Source: Winogradskyella sp.
GTDB lineage: Bacteria; Bacteroidota; Bacteroidia; Flavobacteriales; Flavobacteriaceae
Length of the DNA stretch: 49,086 nucleotides
NCBI GenBank assembly: GCA_030149115.1
Contig: JASBSE010000140.1
Coordinates: 1-49,086, forward strand
Direction of reading: 5' to 3'
A program made the translations under genes and the position numbers. The notes beneath the pieces were generated by a model. That model was not told the origin of the DNA. It saw only the letters and a program-made list of their open reading frames with translations, and ran no database searches. The stretch's first letter is position 1; each line of letters opens with the position of its first letter. Below, in pieces: positions 28,086-38,175 of this stretch.

Positions 28086-29116
28086 TGTCTATTAAGGTTT
28101 AAAGTTAGGTTGACTTCATAATAGTCTTGGTTAGAATCTATGGTTAGGCTATGGTGTTCATCATAAAGATACTGCAATTGATTCTTTATGTTTTCTAATC
28201 CAATACCTGAGTTTTCTTTGTCTTCTTTATGTATACCGACATTATTCTTAACATAAAAATGCAATTGATTCTCAATGATAGTAATCTTAATGTCTATAAA
28301 AGTCTTCCCTTTATAATCCGTTCCATATTTAAAAGCGTTTTCTATAAAAGTAATCAGTATCAATGGATAAATCTTTAAGCCTTTAGAATTACCGTGAATA
28401 TTAATTTTTACATCTTCACTGTTTTTAATTCTAAGCCGTTGAAGTGAAATATAATTTTGAATATAGTCCAGTTCTTTTTCCAAAGGCACTTCCTTGTCAT
28501 TAGCTTCATACAACATATAGCGCATCAATTCAGAAAGGGTAATCACAGCTTCTGGCGCATCATCCGATTTACGTCTTACTAAAGAGTAAATACTATTTAG
28601 AGAATTAAATAAAAAATGTGGGTTTAATTGATTTCGTAAGTATTGAAGTCGCATATCGGTCTTCTCATGCTCCATGGCTCTTGACTTACGCTCGCGTTTG
28701 TAAAAATCTATTATCAAGGCATAGATACCACCCAATAAATAAACCGTTAATGAAAAAGCAACAGGTACTACATAACGCATGTCTATCATAGGCTTTGGGC
28801 CATCTGGTGGTTCACGAAAAGGCAACCCTTGTCTGTAATCTAAAAAATCAAAAACCAATGCTTCTGTAAAGTAGTTATAGACAAACAAAAACAGAAAAGA
28901 CACCAAAATGTATAATGCCAGTTTCCGTTTTAAGAGCAACAACGGCACAAACAAAAGGTAATTGGCGTAAAACAAAACAGGTCGTAAAAGTTGCTTTACA
29001 AGCAAGTTATTAGGAATGATACCTAAATCGACATATATAATGAGCAATGGAAATATGCTAACGCCTACCCACACCACAATATGAATAATAATAATCTTAC
29101 TCTGAAGTTTTTTCAC
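28082..29116 (-). CDS. LytS/YehU-type sensor histidine kinase
   Basis: N-terminal TM helices; QLNPHFLFNSLN, LSELMRY, ENAFKYG and SGIGLEN; 4-nt overlap with the regulator. Confidence 0.95.
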   Translation of the reverse strand: MKKLQSKIIIIHIVVWVGVSIFPLLIIYVDLGIIPNNLLVKQLLRPVLFYANYLLFVPLLLLKRKLALYILVSFLFLFVYNYFTEALVFDFLDYRQGLPFREPPDGPKPMIDMRYVVPVAFSLTVYLLGGIYALIIDFYKRERKSRAMEHEKTDMRLQYLRNQLNPHFLFNSLNSIYSLVRRKSDDAPEAVITLSELMRYMLYEANDKEVPLEKELDYIQNYISLQRLRIKNSEDVKINIHGNSKGLKIYPLILITFIENAFKYGTDYKGKTFIDIKITIIENQLHFYVKNNVGIHKEDKENSGIGLENIKNQLQYLYDEHHSLTIDSNQDYYEVNLTLNLNRQ

Positions 29117-29142
29117 AACTCAATTTTGACAAAACTAGTATT

Positions 29143-29505
29143 TTATAGAGGCTGAAAAGCGATTTTGTATATAATTAACTCTTCTTTAGTAATTAAGGGC
29201 AGTTGTTGGTTCTGTAACTTCGTAACCACCAACTGAGCAACCTGTTCGGCATCCTTTTGCGATGCAAACCGTTGTTTACCATGTACTGCAGGTACATAGC
29301 TTTGTTTTATATATAAATCACCATCTCTATAAACTTTATAAAGCCAGTCTCCTTCCTCTTTTTCAACTTTAACACTATAGGTAATTTTGGTTTGCGCGTC
29401 TATTGAGGATTGAGAGTTGTCTAATGCTATTAGGTAATTATAGGTTAATAGGATTAGGCCAAGAATTACAACTAAACCTATAATTTTTTTAGGATTCTTT
29501 TTCAT
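29143..29505 (-). CDS. DUF4907-like protein
   Basis: W.Y.V...IKQ..VPAV.G...F....DA..VA.LV..KL pattern; likely start 29505 (MKKNPKK) because the longer start lies within a hairpin. Confidence 0.75.
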   Translation of the reverse strand: MKKNPKKIIGLVVILGLILLTYNYLIALDNSQSSIDAQTKITYSVKVEKEEGDWLYKVYRDGDLYIKQSYVPAVHGKQRFASQKDAEQVAQLVVTKLQNQQLPLITKEELIIYKIAFQPL

Positions 29506-29531
29506 GAAAATAACTTTTAAAAATTTAGATA

Positions 29532-29583
29532 GATAGTGCCGAGGGCAAAACAAAAACCAAAGCTCTGCCGCTCAAACACTACC
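29532..29583 (-). promoter_or_regulatory. Intra-operon RNA stem-loop
   Basis: Minus strand GGTAGTGTTTGAGCGGCAGAGC...GTTTTGCCCTCGGCACTATC, a long stem with several G-U pairs and no U-tract. Confidence 0.55.
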
Positions 29584-29649
29584 ACCCGCTATTAACCAGC
29601 CTCATTTTAGGTTAATAACTATCAATCAAATCAAAATTAAAACTAACCA

Positions 29650-30660
29650 TTAATTATCATCGTCATCTTGTTCGGCATTAGGATAAAATTCCATGAAGTC
29701 ATCAAGATAAAGTGTACCATTTCTACCAAGGCCAACAAAAGCTCTAGAACCATTACCAAATGCTATAGCATCACGTCTGGCATAGAGTTCAAATGCGGTC
29801 TTCTCTTCCCATTCTTCTGTAGTAGGATCATATTCATAAACACTAGATTGGCTACCTGAATAATCTCCACAAGCCACATAGCCCTTACCATCTATAGTAA
29901 ATGCCACAGCATTAGAACGTATCACATAGTCATCATCGTCATCATCGACATCAACCAAAGCCGTCCAGGTTTCGGTATCTAAATCAAACTTCCAAAAATC
30001 TTCTTCATAAATACCGTTACTAACACCTGTTACTAAATAAACCTCATTGCCAATGGTAAATGTGGTACCCTCTCTTCGTTTATCTCCTCCAAAACCAAAA
30101 ATCTCTTCCCACGTATCACTACTTGGATCATATCTCCAAAAATCCTTTTTATCGCTACCATCATAACCTGTACCAACGTACCCATATGTATCGGATCCAA
30201 AGCCAACAGCTCCATAACGTGCAGAACCACCAAAATCAGCTATAGCTTCCCACGTATTAGTTGTTGGGTTGTATTTATAAAAATCCCCTAACTCTTCGTT
30301 GTTGTCTCCATTATACCCTGTTCCCATATAACCTTCATCTCCTATGGTAAATGTGGTTGCAGAACTACGCACAATTCCTGGGAAATCTGCTAATTGTTGC
30401 CATGAGTTGGTATCGATATCATAACTCCAAAAGTCATTATAATAATCATCACCATCATAACCTGTTCCCATATAGCCTATATTACCAATAGTAAAAGCAG
30501 CCGAACTACTACGGGCTTCTTCATTAAAAGTGGACATCTTTACCCAGTTACCATCCAGTTCAGAACTGCCATCATCGTCATTACAACTATTAAAGGTCAC
30601 AAATACAGCTATTAAAAGCCCTAATGATAGCCAGTGTTGGTTGTTTGTTATTTTCATCAT
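29650..30660 (-). CDS. Kelch-repeat (beta-propeller) lipoprotein
   Basis: Lipobox FNSC; six R....F.IG..GY.GTG...DFW.YD....W repeats; very acidic. Confidence 0.9.
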   Translation of the reverse strand: MMKITNNQHWLSLGLLIAVFVTFNSCNDDDGSSELDGNWVKMSTFNEEARSSSAAFTIGNIGYMGTGYDGDDYYNDFWSYDIDTNSWQQLADFPGIVRSSATTFTIGDEGYMGTGYNGDNNEELGDFYKYNPTTNTWEAIADFGGSARYGAVGFGSDTYGYVGTGYDGSDKKDFWRYDPSSDTWEEIFGFGGDKRREGTTFTIGNEVYLVTGVSNGIYEEDFWKFDLDTETWTALVDVDDDDDDYVIRSNAVAFTIDGKGYVACGDYSGSQSSVYEYDPTTEEWEEKTAFELYARRDAIAFGNGSRAFVGLGRNGTLYLDDFMEFYPNAEQDDDDN

Positions 30661-30661
30661 T

Positions 30662-31573
30662 TTACTTGTTATTATTTATATTAAAATTTAATCCGAAACC
30701 TACCATAAAGCCATTGTCAGCTTCAAAGTCATACACAGTAGTATCTGTATTTATAGTGTTGATGGTCATAGAAGTTGAAGTGGAATACCCAACTTTAAAA
30801 AACGAAGACCAGTTATTATCAAAATCAAAATGGTATCTTAAGCTAAACTGCAAGGCTGTATATTCCAAATAAGTATCAGCTACAGAAGATTCAATACTAT
30901 TTTCATATAGAGATGCATTGTGTACGGTATATAGAGATTGTGGAGCTATTGTAAAATCAAACCTACTCTGGGTATTTAAGGTATAGTATACAGCGGTTTC
31001 TGGGAAACCTAGCTTATAGCTCAACTTGTCATTTATGGTATTAAAATAGCTTAGTGTTGGATACAGTTGTGGAGAACCCAAAGCTGTACCATAAGCCAAA
31101 CCAACAGAAAAGTATGATGGTTTAGACACGTCACCTAGTATTCGCTTTACAGCAATTTGAGAGGCTAAAACAACCGTATTACTGTGTAATGAAGTGGCAA
31201 AGGTAGAGGTTATCAGTGGCGAAAATTCGATACCAAAAGACCATTGATCATTAATGGCATGTTTGTAATTCATCAATAAGTTGATACGATGAAAATCCCC
31301 ATAAGCCATAATCTCAGGCGACCATGAATAGTCACTACTATTCATTAGAGTATAAGTGTAAGCAGCTCCTACTCCTACCTCTCCTTTGGGTACTGTAAAC
31401 TTGGTACGAAATTCTAATGTCTTAGCATCGAGGTCTACAGAATTTAACCCTGGATACAAATCGTATACAAAATCAAAAGAGGTCTTTTGCTTTCGCTCTG
31501 TTTCCAAATCTTGTCCTGCAACTACATTAACCATAGCGTTGACAATTATAATATGTAATAGAATTTTCTTCAT
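30662..31573 (-). CDS. Outer-membrane beta-barrel protein (DUF6268-like)
   Basis: Signal peptide; GLAY...G.P..YP.LSY...LGFP pattern; amphipathic C-terminal strand. Confidence 0.7.
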   Translation of the reverse strand: MKKILLHIIIVNAMVNVVAGQDLETERKQKTSFDFVYDLYPGLNSVDLDAKTLEFRTKFTVPKGEVGVGAAYTYTLMNSSDYSWSPEIMAYGDFHRINLLMNYKHAINDQWSFGIEFSPLITSTFATSLHSNTVVLASQIAVKRILGDVSKPSYFSVGLAYGTALGSPQLYPTLSYFNTINDKLSYKLGFPETAVYYTLNTQSRFDFTIAPQSLYTVHNASLYENSIESSVADTYLEYTALQFSLRYHFDFDNNWSSFFKVGYSTSTSMTINTINTDTTVYDFEADNGFMVGFGLNFNINNNK

Positions 31574-31579
31574 CGTTGG

Positions 31580-31768
31580 CGAACATACTACCTAATCCGA
31601 ATTGAAGTAATATGAAATAGACTGACCCGTTTTTTTTATAGACCAATACGATGTTTTAATCTACAAATACTCCAGAAAAAACTAATCGGTAAAATCTTAG
31701 GGTTTGTAGAGCAATCCTAAAGGCTCGTCTATTTCACTTTTATAAGCTCCCATTGTTATGTTGATTTG
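31580..31768. promoter_or_regulatory. Divergent promoter with 21-bp-spaced direct repeats (putative LytTR sites)
   Basis: ATAGAC 31617, ATAGAC 31638, ATCTAC 31659; opposite orientation GTAGAG 31706, GTCTAT 31727; -7-like TATGTTCG (minus, 31580-31587) and TTGATTTG (plus, 31761-31768). Confidence 0.65.
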
Positions 31769-31785
31769 CTGAAATTCTTATAAGT

Positions 31786-33093
31786 ATGCTCAAAAAACAG
31801 CTTTCATTTATAATCCTTTTAGGTTGCGCTTTAGTGGTCCTTAATTGCAATTCCGAGGAAATTTCATCACTATCTGTAGGGGAAGATTTTACCAGCACAA
31901 ACATTAGGGTACTATCTATAGACACCTTCGCTGTAGAACTTTCTACAATGAAGTTTGATTCTTTGGTGACCTCCAGTCAAGGACGATTGTTACTTGGAAG
32001 ATACAACGATGATTATATAGGCACAGTAAAAGCATCCACCTATTTAAGAGTCCACCCAACAAATTACTATATGGATGATGATGCTGTATTAGACAGCATT
32101 GGTTTGGTGTTAGGATACGACCAATACGTTTACAACGATACAACCCAGACCTCAACAATTAGTGTACATAAGCTAGAAGAAAAATTAGATTCAGAAAGTG
32201 GATACTTATACAACACCAGTCATTTTAACTATGAAACCAATAGCCTTGGTAGCCTTACGTTTGAAGCAGAACCTAGTACAGATTCTCTATACGTGGGTTT
32301 AGACTATAATTTTGGATTAGAAATATTCAATGATATTAAAGAAAATATCATTACCGATGAAGAGTCCTTGTATCAAAAACTAAAAGGGTTTTACATACAA
32401 CCAGGAGATAACGATAATAGTGCTGTCGTGGGCTTTGGGTCTTCAGATGTTTATCTGCGCTTCTTCTATTCCATACCAGATGAGCTCGAAAATACCGCCT
32501 ACACTTACGATTTTTATATGGATTCAGAAAGTACAGCCTATTATAATAAAATTGAAAGCGATGTTTCAGGGCTTACATTAGAAGATATTACATCACAAGA
32601 ATATAACCTAGCAAGTACCAATAGCAACAACATAAGTTACAATCAGTCTGGTGTTGGGTATATAACCCGAATACAGTTTCCCACAATAAAAAACATCTAT
32701 GACATTAATGATGAGGGTACCATTCTGGAAGCAACCTTGTACATCGAACCTGTTGTATCTTCCTACTCAGAGACACAAGCCGTTCCGGACGAACTATCGT
32801 TATATACTGTAGACCAAAATAACAATTTGTCTTCGCAGGTTAGTAGTAGTTCAGACTATATATACGCATACTTAGAAACAGAAAATTCTGAGTATAACAA
32901 TCAGGTATACACAATGTCGGTTTTAGAATACATAGATAGTAAACTTACCGAAGAACCAGAGATTGATAATGCCCTTATAATGCTCCCATCAGATTACAAT
33001 AGTACTATTAACAAACTCCTGCTCAATGATCCTCAAGCGTCAAACTTTAAAACAAAACTCGTTATCACTTATGCGATTTATGAAAAAAATTAA
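31786..33093 (+). CDS. DUF4270-like lipoprotein
   Basis: Lipobox VLNC; IDTF.V..ST...DSL.TS...LLLG.Y.D...G.V.AS.Y pattern; acidic. Confidence 0.8.
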   Translation: MLKKQLSFIILLGCALVVLNCNSEEISSLSVGEDFTSTNIRVLSIDTFAVELSTMKFDSLVTSSQGRLLLGRYNDDYIGTVKASTYLRVHPTNYYMDDDAVLDSIGLVLGYDQYVYNDTTQTSTISVHKLEEKLDSESGYLYNTSHFNYETNSLGSLTFEAEPSTDSLYVGLDYNFGLEIFNDIKENIITDEESLYQKLKGFYIQPGDNDNSAVVGFGSSDVYLRFFYSIPDELENTAYTYDFYMDSESTAYYNKIESDVSGLTLEDITSQEYNLASTNSNNISYNQSGVGYITRIQFPTIKNIYDINDEGTILEATLYIEPVVSSYSETQAVPDELSLYTVDQNNNLSSQVSSSSDYIYAYLETENSEYNNQVYTMSVLEYIDSKLTEEPEIDNALIMLPSDYNSTINKLLLNDPQASNFKTKLVITYAIYEKN

Positions 33094-34315
33094 AAGGAGC
33101 AGCCTTGTAATCGGTCTTGTTTTTAGTGTGTCGCTAAACAGCCAAACCAATAATCTTACATCAAGTCCGTATTCGTTATTTGGTTTAGGTGTAGAAAGTT
33201 CCATAAGTACAGGTCGTAACAGCGCAATGGGAAACTCAGGTATTGCCTTAGATGCTGCTAACGGATTTAACCTATACAATCCAGCTGCATTTGCGTCTAT
33301 GGCAGAAGATAATTTTGTACTAGAATTTGGAGTTACAGCAGAAATGATGAACATATCCAATGCAGATGTAAACGAATCTAGAAACACCTACAACTTTTCT
33401 AACATCTCAATAGGCTATAGCAGAGAAAAATATGGTGTAGGACTAACATTAAACCCAGCAACCAATATAGGCTATGAGCTTATTGGTTTAGAAAACAATA
33501 TTGAAGGTAGCAATGAAACTTTCTCTACCAATATTACGGGCTCTGGTGGTATTAACGAAATCCGTTTAGACTACGGGTACAAATTAACAGACAATCTTAA
33601 TCTTGGCGCAAAGTTCTCATACCTGTTTGGTAAAGTTGAAGAAACCGAATACATCATTGCAGCGTCCAACTATCTCGAAATATATGAAGAGAGCTTTTAT
33701 AGCGGAGCAAGATTTGGTTTGGGTGCGCAATATAAGCTGTTAGACAACCATAATTTTGGTGTCACTTTAGATTTTCCTACAAGCTTGGGAGCCACAAAAA
33801 ACAGCTTGGTAATAAAGTATAATTTAGAAGCATCTAGCACATTAGAAGACACCACAGATGAAAGAATAAATAGTTTTGATTTACCATTACAGCTAGGGTT
33901 TGGATATAGTGCTAAATTCAACAATTTACTGTTTACAACAGACTACAATAAAAGATTTTGGTCCAGTACAAATCAAACAGATGCCATAGGTGATTATGTA
34001 GACCAGGATATTTTCAGTTTAGGAGCGTCTTATAAAATAAACCCACAAAGTCGCAAATATTTTGAGCGCGTAGACTACCGAATAGGATTTAACTACAATA
34101 CTGGGTATTTAAAAATAGACGATACAAAAATAGATAGTTTCAACACGTCCTTAGGACTTGGGCTTCCTTTGGGAAGAAGCTCTACCCTTAACTTCTCATA
34201 TACGTATAGCAACCGAGGAACTACAGAAGATATTCTGGTACAAGAGCGTTCCAATATGTTCAATATCAACCTAACACTATCAGATCTGTGGTTCCAAAAA
34301 AGAAAGTACAACTAA
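33080..34315 (+). CDS. FadL/OmpP1-like outer-membrane beta-barrel
   Basis: SSPYSLFGLG...AMG...NPA and GSGGINE motifs; C-terminal WFQKRKYN; likely start 33080. Confidence 0.8.
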   Translation: MKKIKRSSLVIGLVFSVSLNSQTNNLTSSPYSLFGLGVESSISTGRNSAMGNSGIALDAANGFNLYNPAAFASMAEDNFVLEFGVTAEMMNISNADVNESRNTYNFSNISIGYSREKYGVGLTLNPATNIGYELIGLENNIEGSNETFSTNITGSGGINEIRLDYGYKLTDNLNLGAKFSYLFGKVEETEYIIAASNYLEIYEESFYSGARFGLGAQYKLLDNHNFGVTLDFPTSLGATKNSLVIKYNLEASSTLEDTTDERINSFDLPLQLGFGYSAKFNNLLFTTDYNKRFWSSTNQTDAIGDYVDQDIFSLGASYKINPQSRKYFERVDYRIGFNYNTGYLKIDDTKIDSFNTSLGLGLPLGRSSTLNFSYTYSNRGTTEDILVQERSNMFNINLTLSDLWFQKRKYN

Positions 34316-34345
34316 ATCTCCTTACACCTTGCTGAGCAATCAAGT

Positions 34346-34422
34346 TGTAATTCGGGTCACACCCGTATCTCCTTCGGGTCTCCTCCGGCTTTCCTTCGGG
34401 TCTCCTTCGGGTGTACTTCGGG
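34346..34422. repeat. Tandem 11-bp repeat array (7 units, consensus TCTCCTTCGGG)
   Basis: tgtaattcggg tcacacccgta tctccttcggg tctcctccggc tttccttcggg tctccttcggg tgtacttcggg. Confidence 0.85.
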
Positions 34423-34545
34423 TAAGGCGGCGTTTTTTCTTACATTAACTTAAACAAATAAAAAGGGCTTTACTAGTGCTCTACTATGCAAATTCAATAA
34501 AAACTAGGGGCACAACCTTCATATCAATTTAACATCTAAAAATCG

Positions 34546-34553
34546 TACCTTTG
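34546..34553 (+). promoter_or_regulatory. Bacteroidota -7 promoter element for uvrA
   Basis: TACCTTTG matches TAnnTTTG, 38 nt before the ATG. Confidence 0.6.
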
Positions 34554-34591
34554 CAACTTTGCTAGAATTAAAGAAGAAGCGATAACCATCT

Positions 34592-37420
34592 ATGAGCCAT
34601 TTCGACGAGTCTATTGAAGTAAAAGGTGCACGAGTACACAACCTAAAAAACATCGATATCACTATACCAAGAGAAAAGCTGGTTGTAATTACCGGGCTTT
34701 CAGGTAGTGGAAAATCGTCCTTAGCCTTCGATACCATTTATGCCGAAGGGCAACGTAGATACATCGAAACCTTCTCTGCTTATGCGCGCCAATTCCTAGG
34801 AAGTTTAGAACGACCAGATGTAGATAAGATTGATGGACTCTCTCCTGTGATTGCTATTGAGCAAAAAACCACGAGCAAATCACCACGTTCTACAGTAGGT
34901 ACCATAACTGAGATTTATGATTTCTTACGCCTGCTCTATGCAAGAGCTGCAGATGCTTACAGCTATGAAACAGGTGAAAAAATGGTCAGCTATAGCGATG
35001 AGCAGATTAAAGACTTAATACTAGAGTCTTACAATGGCAAACGTATCAATATCCTATCACCTGTAATTCGTTCGCGTAAAGGACACTACCGCGAACTTTT
35101 TGAGCAAATTGCCAAGCAAGGTTTTGTAAAAGTACGTACCGATGGTGAGATTGTAGACCTTGAAAAAGGCATGAAACTAGATCGCTACAAAACCCATGAT
35201 ATAGAAATCGTTATAGACCGTCTAAAGATAGATAACACCCAAGACAACGAAAAGCGCCTCATGGAGTCCATCAATACAGCCATGTATCATGGAGAGGATG
35301 TATTAATGGTCATAGACCAAGACACTAATGAGCCGCGTTATTTCAGCCGAAACTTAATGTGCCCTTCATCTGGTATATCGTATCCTAACCCTGAGCCTAA
35401 TAACTTTTCCTTTAACTCACCAAAAGGAGCTTGCCCTAATTGTAATGGTATTGGTGAACTCTACGTCGTAAACGAAAGGAAATTAGTCCCAGATGAAACG
35501 CTATCTATAAAAAACGGTGCTCTAGCACCTCATGGTCCTGAGAAAAAAAGCTGGATTTTCAAACAGTTTCATACCATAGCACAACGTTTTGATTTTACCT
35601 TAAACGACCCTTGGAAAGATATTCCTGAGGAAGCTAAACAAATGATCTTATATGGTGGTAAGGATAAATTTGCTGTAGAAAGCAAACTTCTTGGAGTTAC
35701 TAGAGATTATAATATAGATTTTGAAGGCGTAGCCAGTTTTATTGAAAATCAGTATAAATCAGATTCTACATCATTAGTGCGTTGGGCTAAAGAGTACATG
35801 GATAAGGTAGAATGTGATGTCTGTGAAGGCTCTCGTCTACGTAAAGAATCACTCTACTTTAAGGTTGATGGTAAAAGTATCGCTGACCTTGTAAAAATGG
35901 ATGTTGTGGAATTAGCCGAATGGCTACAAGGTTTAGAAAACAGACTCTCAGAAACACAACGCAAGATTTCTGAAGAAATCATTAAAGAAATTAAAGCGCG
36001 TACACAGTTTTTATTAGATGTAGGCCTAACCTATTTAACTCTAAATCGCAGTTCTAAATCACTTTCTGGTGGAGAAGCACAGCGTATTCGTTTGGCGACT
36101 CAAATAGGCTCCCAATTGGTTGGCGTTTTATATATATTAGATGAACCTAGTATTGGATTGCACCAACGCGATAATGAAAAACTTATTAATTCGTTAGAAT
36201 CTCTAAGAGATGTAGGAAACTCTGTTATTGTTGTAGAGCACGATAAAGATATGATAGAACGTGCTGACCATGTCATAGACATTGGCCCTTTTGCCGGAAA
36301 GCATGGTGGCGAGATTATTAGTGAAGGAACTCCTAAAGAACTACTATCCCACAACACCTTAACGGCTGACTATCTAAGTGGTAAAAAAGAAATTGAAATC
36401 CCAAAAGAACGTCGTAAAGGCAATGGAAATAAGCTAGTTCTAAAGGGCTGTACTGGTAACAACCTAAAGAATGTAGACGTTGAGTTTCCTCTTGGTAAAA
36501 TGATTGGTGTTACTGGTGTTTCAGGTAGTGGTAAGTCTACCTTAATTAATGAAACCCTCTACCCTATTTTAAACGCACATTTCTTCAATGGAGTTAAAAA
36601 ACCAATGCCATACAAAAGCATTAAAGGTTTAGAACATATCGATAAAGTTATAGATATTAATCAATCGCCAATCGGTAGAACACCTAGAAGTAATCCTGCT
36701 ACCTATACCAAAACATTTGATGAAATACGAAAGCTTTTCTCTCAAATACCAGAAGCTATGATTCGTGGTTACAAACCAGGACGTTTTAGCTTTAATGTTG
36801 CTGGTGGACGTTGCGAAACCTGCCAAGGCGGAGGATTGCGTGTTATTGAAATGAATTTTTTACCAGATGTATATGTCGAATGCGAAACTTGCCAAGGTAA
36901 ACGTTTTAACAGAGAAACATTAGAAATACGTTACAAAGGAAAATCTATTAGTGATGTGTTAGACATGACCATAGAGGAGGCTGTAGATTTCTTTGAGCAC
37001 ATACCTAAAATTTATCGTAAGTTAAAAACTATTAAGGATGTAGGTTTAGGATACATTACTTTAGGACAACAAAGTACAACACTTTCTGGTGGTGAAGCAC
37101 AACGTATTAAATTGGCTACAGAACTTAGTAAGCGTGATACTGGTAATACATTTTACATCTTAGATGAGCCTACTACAGGGCTTCATTTTGAAGACATTAG
37201 AGTTTTAATGAAAGTTCTAAATAAATTAGTAGACAAAGGAAATACAGTTTTAATCATTGAGCACAATCTAGATGTGATTAAAACAGTAGACTACATCATC
37301 GATATTGGCTATGAAGGTGGAAAAGGTGGAGGAAACTTAGTAACCAAAGGCACTCCAGAGCAAATAGTAAAAGACAAAAAAAGCTATACAGCTAAATTTT
37401 TGAAGAAGGAATTGAAATAG
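34592..37420 (+). CDS. uvrA: Excinuclease ABC subunit A
   Basis: GARVHNLKN; two Walker A motifs ([16 protein letters not shown]); two LSGGEAQRI; CxxC zinc fingers. Confidence 0.99.
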   Translation: MSHFDESIEVKGARVHNLKNIDITIPREKLVVITGLSGSGKSSLAFDTIYAEGQRRYIETFSAYARQFLGSLERPDVDKIDGLSPVIAIEQKTTSKSPRSTVGTITEIYDFLRLLYARAADAYSYETGEKMVSYSDEQIKDLILESYNGKRINILSPVIRSRKGHYRELFEQIAKQGFVKVRTDGEIVDLEKGMKLDRYKTHDIEIVIDRLKIDNTQDNEKRLMESINTAMYHGEDVLMVIDQDTNEPRYFSRNLMCPSSGISYPNPEPNNFSFNSPKGACPNCNGIGELYVVNERKLVPDETLSIKNGALAPHGPEKKSWIFKQFHTIAQRFDFTLNDPWKDIPEEAKQMILYGGKDKFAVESKLLGVTRDYNIDFEGVASFIENQYKSDSTSLVRWAKEYMDKVECDVCEGSRLRKESLYFKVDGKSIADLVKMDVVELAEWLQGLENRLSETQRKISEEIIKEIKARTQFLLDVGLTYLTLNRSSKSLSGGEAQRIRLATQIGSQLVGVLYILDEPSIGLHQRDNEKLINSLESLRDVGNSVIVVEHDKDMIERADHVIDIGPFAGKHGGEIISEGTPKELLSHNTLTADYLSGKKEIEIPKERRKGNGNKLVLKGCTGNNLKNVDVEFPLGKMIGVTGVSGSGKSTLINETLYPILNAHFFNGVKKPMPYKSIKGLEHIDKVIDINQSPIGRTPRSNPATYTKTFDEIRKLFSQIPEAMIRGYKPGRFSFNVAGGRCETCQGGGLRVIEMNFLPDVYVECETCQGKRFNRETLEIRYKGKSISDVLDMTIEEAVDFFEHIPKIYRKLKTIKDVGLGYITLGQQSTTLSGGEAQRIKLATELSKRDTGNTFYILDEPTTGLHFEDIRVLMKVLNKLVDKGNTVLIIEHNLDVIKTVDYIIDIGYEGGKGGGNLVTKGTPEQIVKDKKSYTAKFLKKELK

Positions 37421-37467
37421 TACTATATTGTACATCCATAAATTAATAAAAAGACATCAAAATATAT

Positions 37468-38154
37468 ATGAGAAAAGAAAGCAAACATAAAGGCTGGAAT
37501 GAAATAAAAACCAATGATTCTTGGGCGATTTTCAAAATCATGGGAGAGTTTGTAAATGGTTATGAAAAGTTGAGCAAAATAGGACCTTGTGTATCTATTT
37601 TTGGCTCTGCACGTACCAAACCAGATCATAAATATTATAAGCTAGCTGTAGATGTGGCACAAAAAATTGTAGATCACGGTTACGGTGTTATTACAGGCGG
37701 TGGACCAGGTATAATGGAAGCGGGTAATAAAGGTGCTCATATTGCTGGTGGAACTTCTGTTGGTCTTAATATTGAACTACCATTTGAGCAACATGACAAC
37801 CCATATATAGACAGTGATAAAAGTCTAGATTTTGATTACTTTTTTGTTCGAAAGGTAATGTTTGTAAAGTACTCTCAAGGTTTTGTTGTAATGCCTGGAG
37901 GCTTTGGTACTCTAGATGAGCTCTTTGAAGCTATTACACTTATACAAACCCACAAAATTGAAACATTTCCTATTATTTTAGTCGGAAAAGAATTTTGGGG
38001 AGGTTTGTTTGAATGGGTTAAAAGCACATTGTTAGAAGCCGGAAATATTAGCCCTAAAGATTTAGACTTAATTCATCTTGTTGACACATCAGACGAAGTT
38101 ATTGATATTTTAAATAAATTCTATAAAGAATACGGACTAAGTCCTAACTTCTAA
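37468..38154 (+). CDS. LOG family protein (TIGR00730 Rossmann fold)
   Basis: SIFGSAR, TGGGPGIME, FFVRK and PGGFGTLDE motifs. Confidence 0.95.
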   Translation: MRKESKHKGWNEIKTNDSWAIFKIMGEFVNGYEKLSKIGPCVSIFGSARTKPDHKYYKLAVDVAQKIVDHGYGVITGGGPGIMEAGNKGAHIAGGTSVGLNIELPFEQHDNPYIDSDKSLDFDYFFVRKVMFVKYSQGFVVMPGGFGTLDELFEAITLIQTHKIETFPIILVGKEFWGGLFEWVKSTLLEAGNISPKDLDLIHLVDTSDEVIDILNKFYKEYGLSPNF

Positions 38155-38175
38155 GCAACTACCTTCTTTAATGCT

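Noticed and set aside
34346-34422. CRISPR interpretation of the 11-bp array
   Set aside because: No spacers, units too short, no cas genes.
34423-34591. SOS/LexA box upstream of uvrA
   Set aside because: No convincing palindrome (GGA-N5-TCC or CTGT-N8-ACAG type) found by eye.
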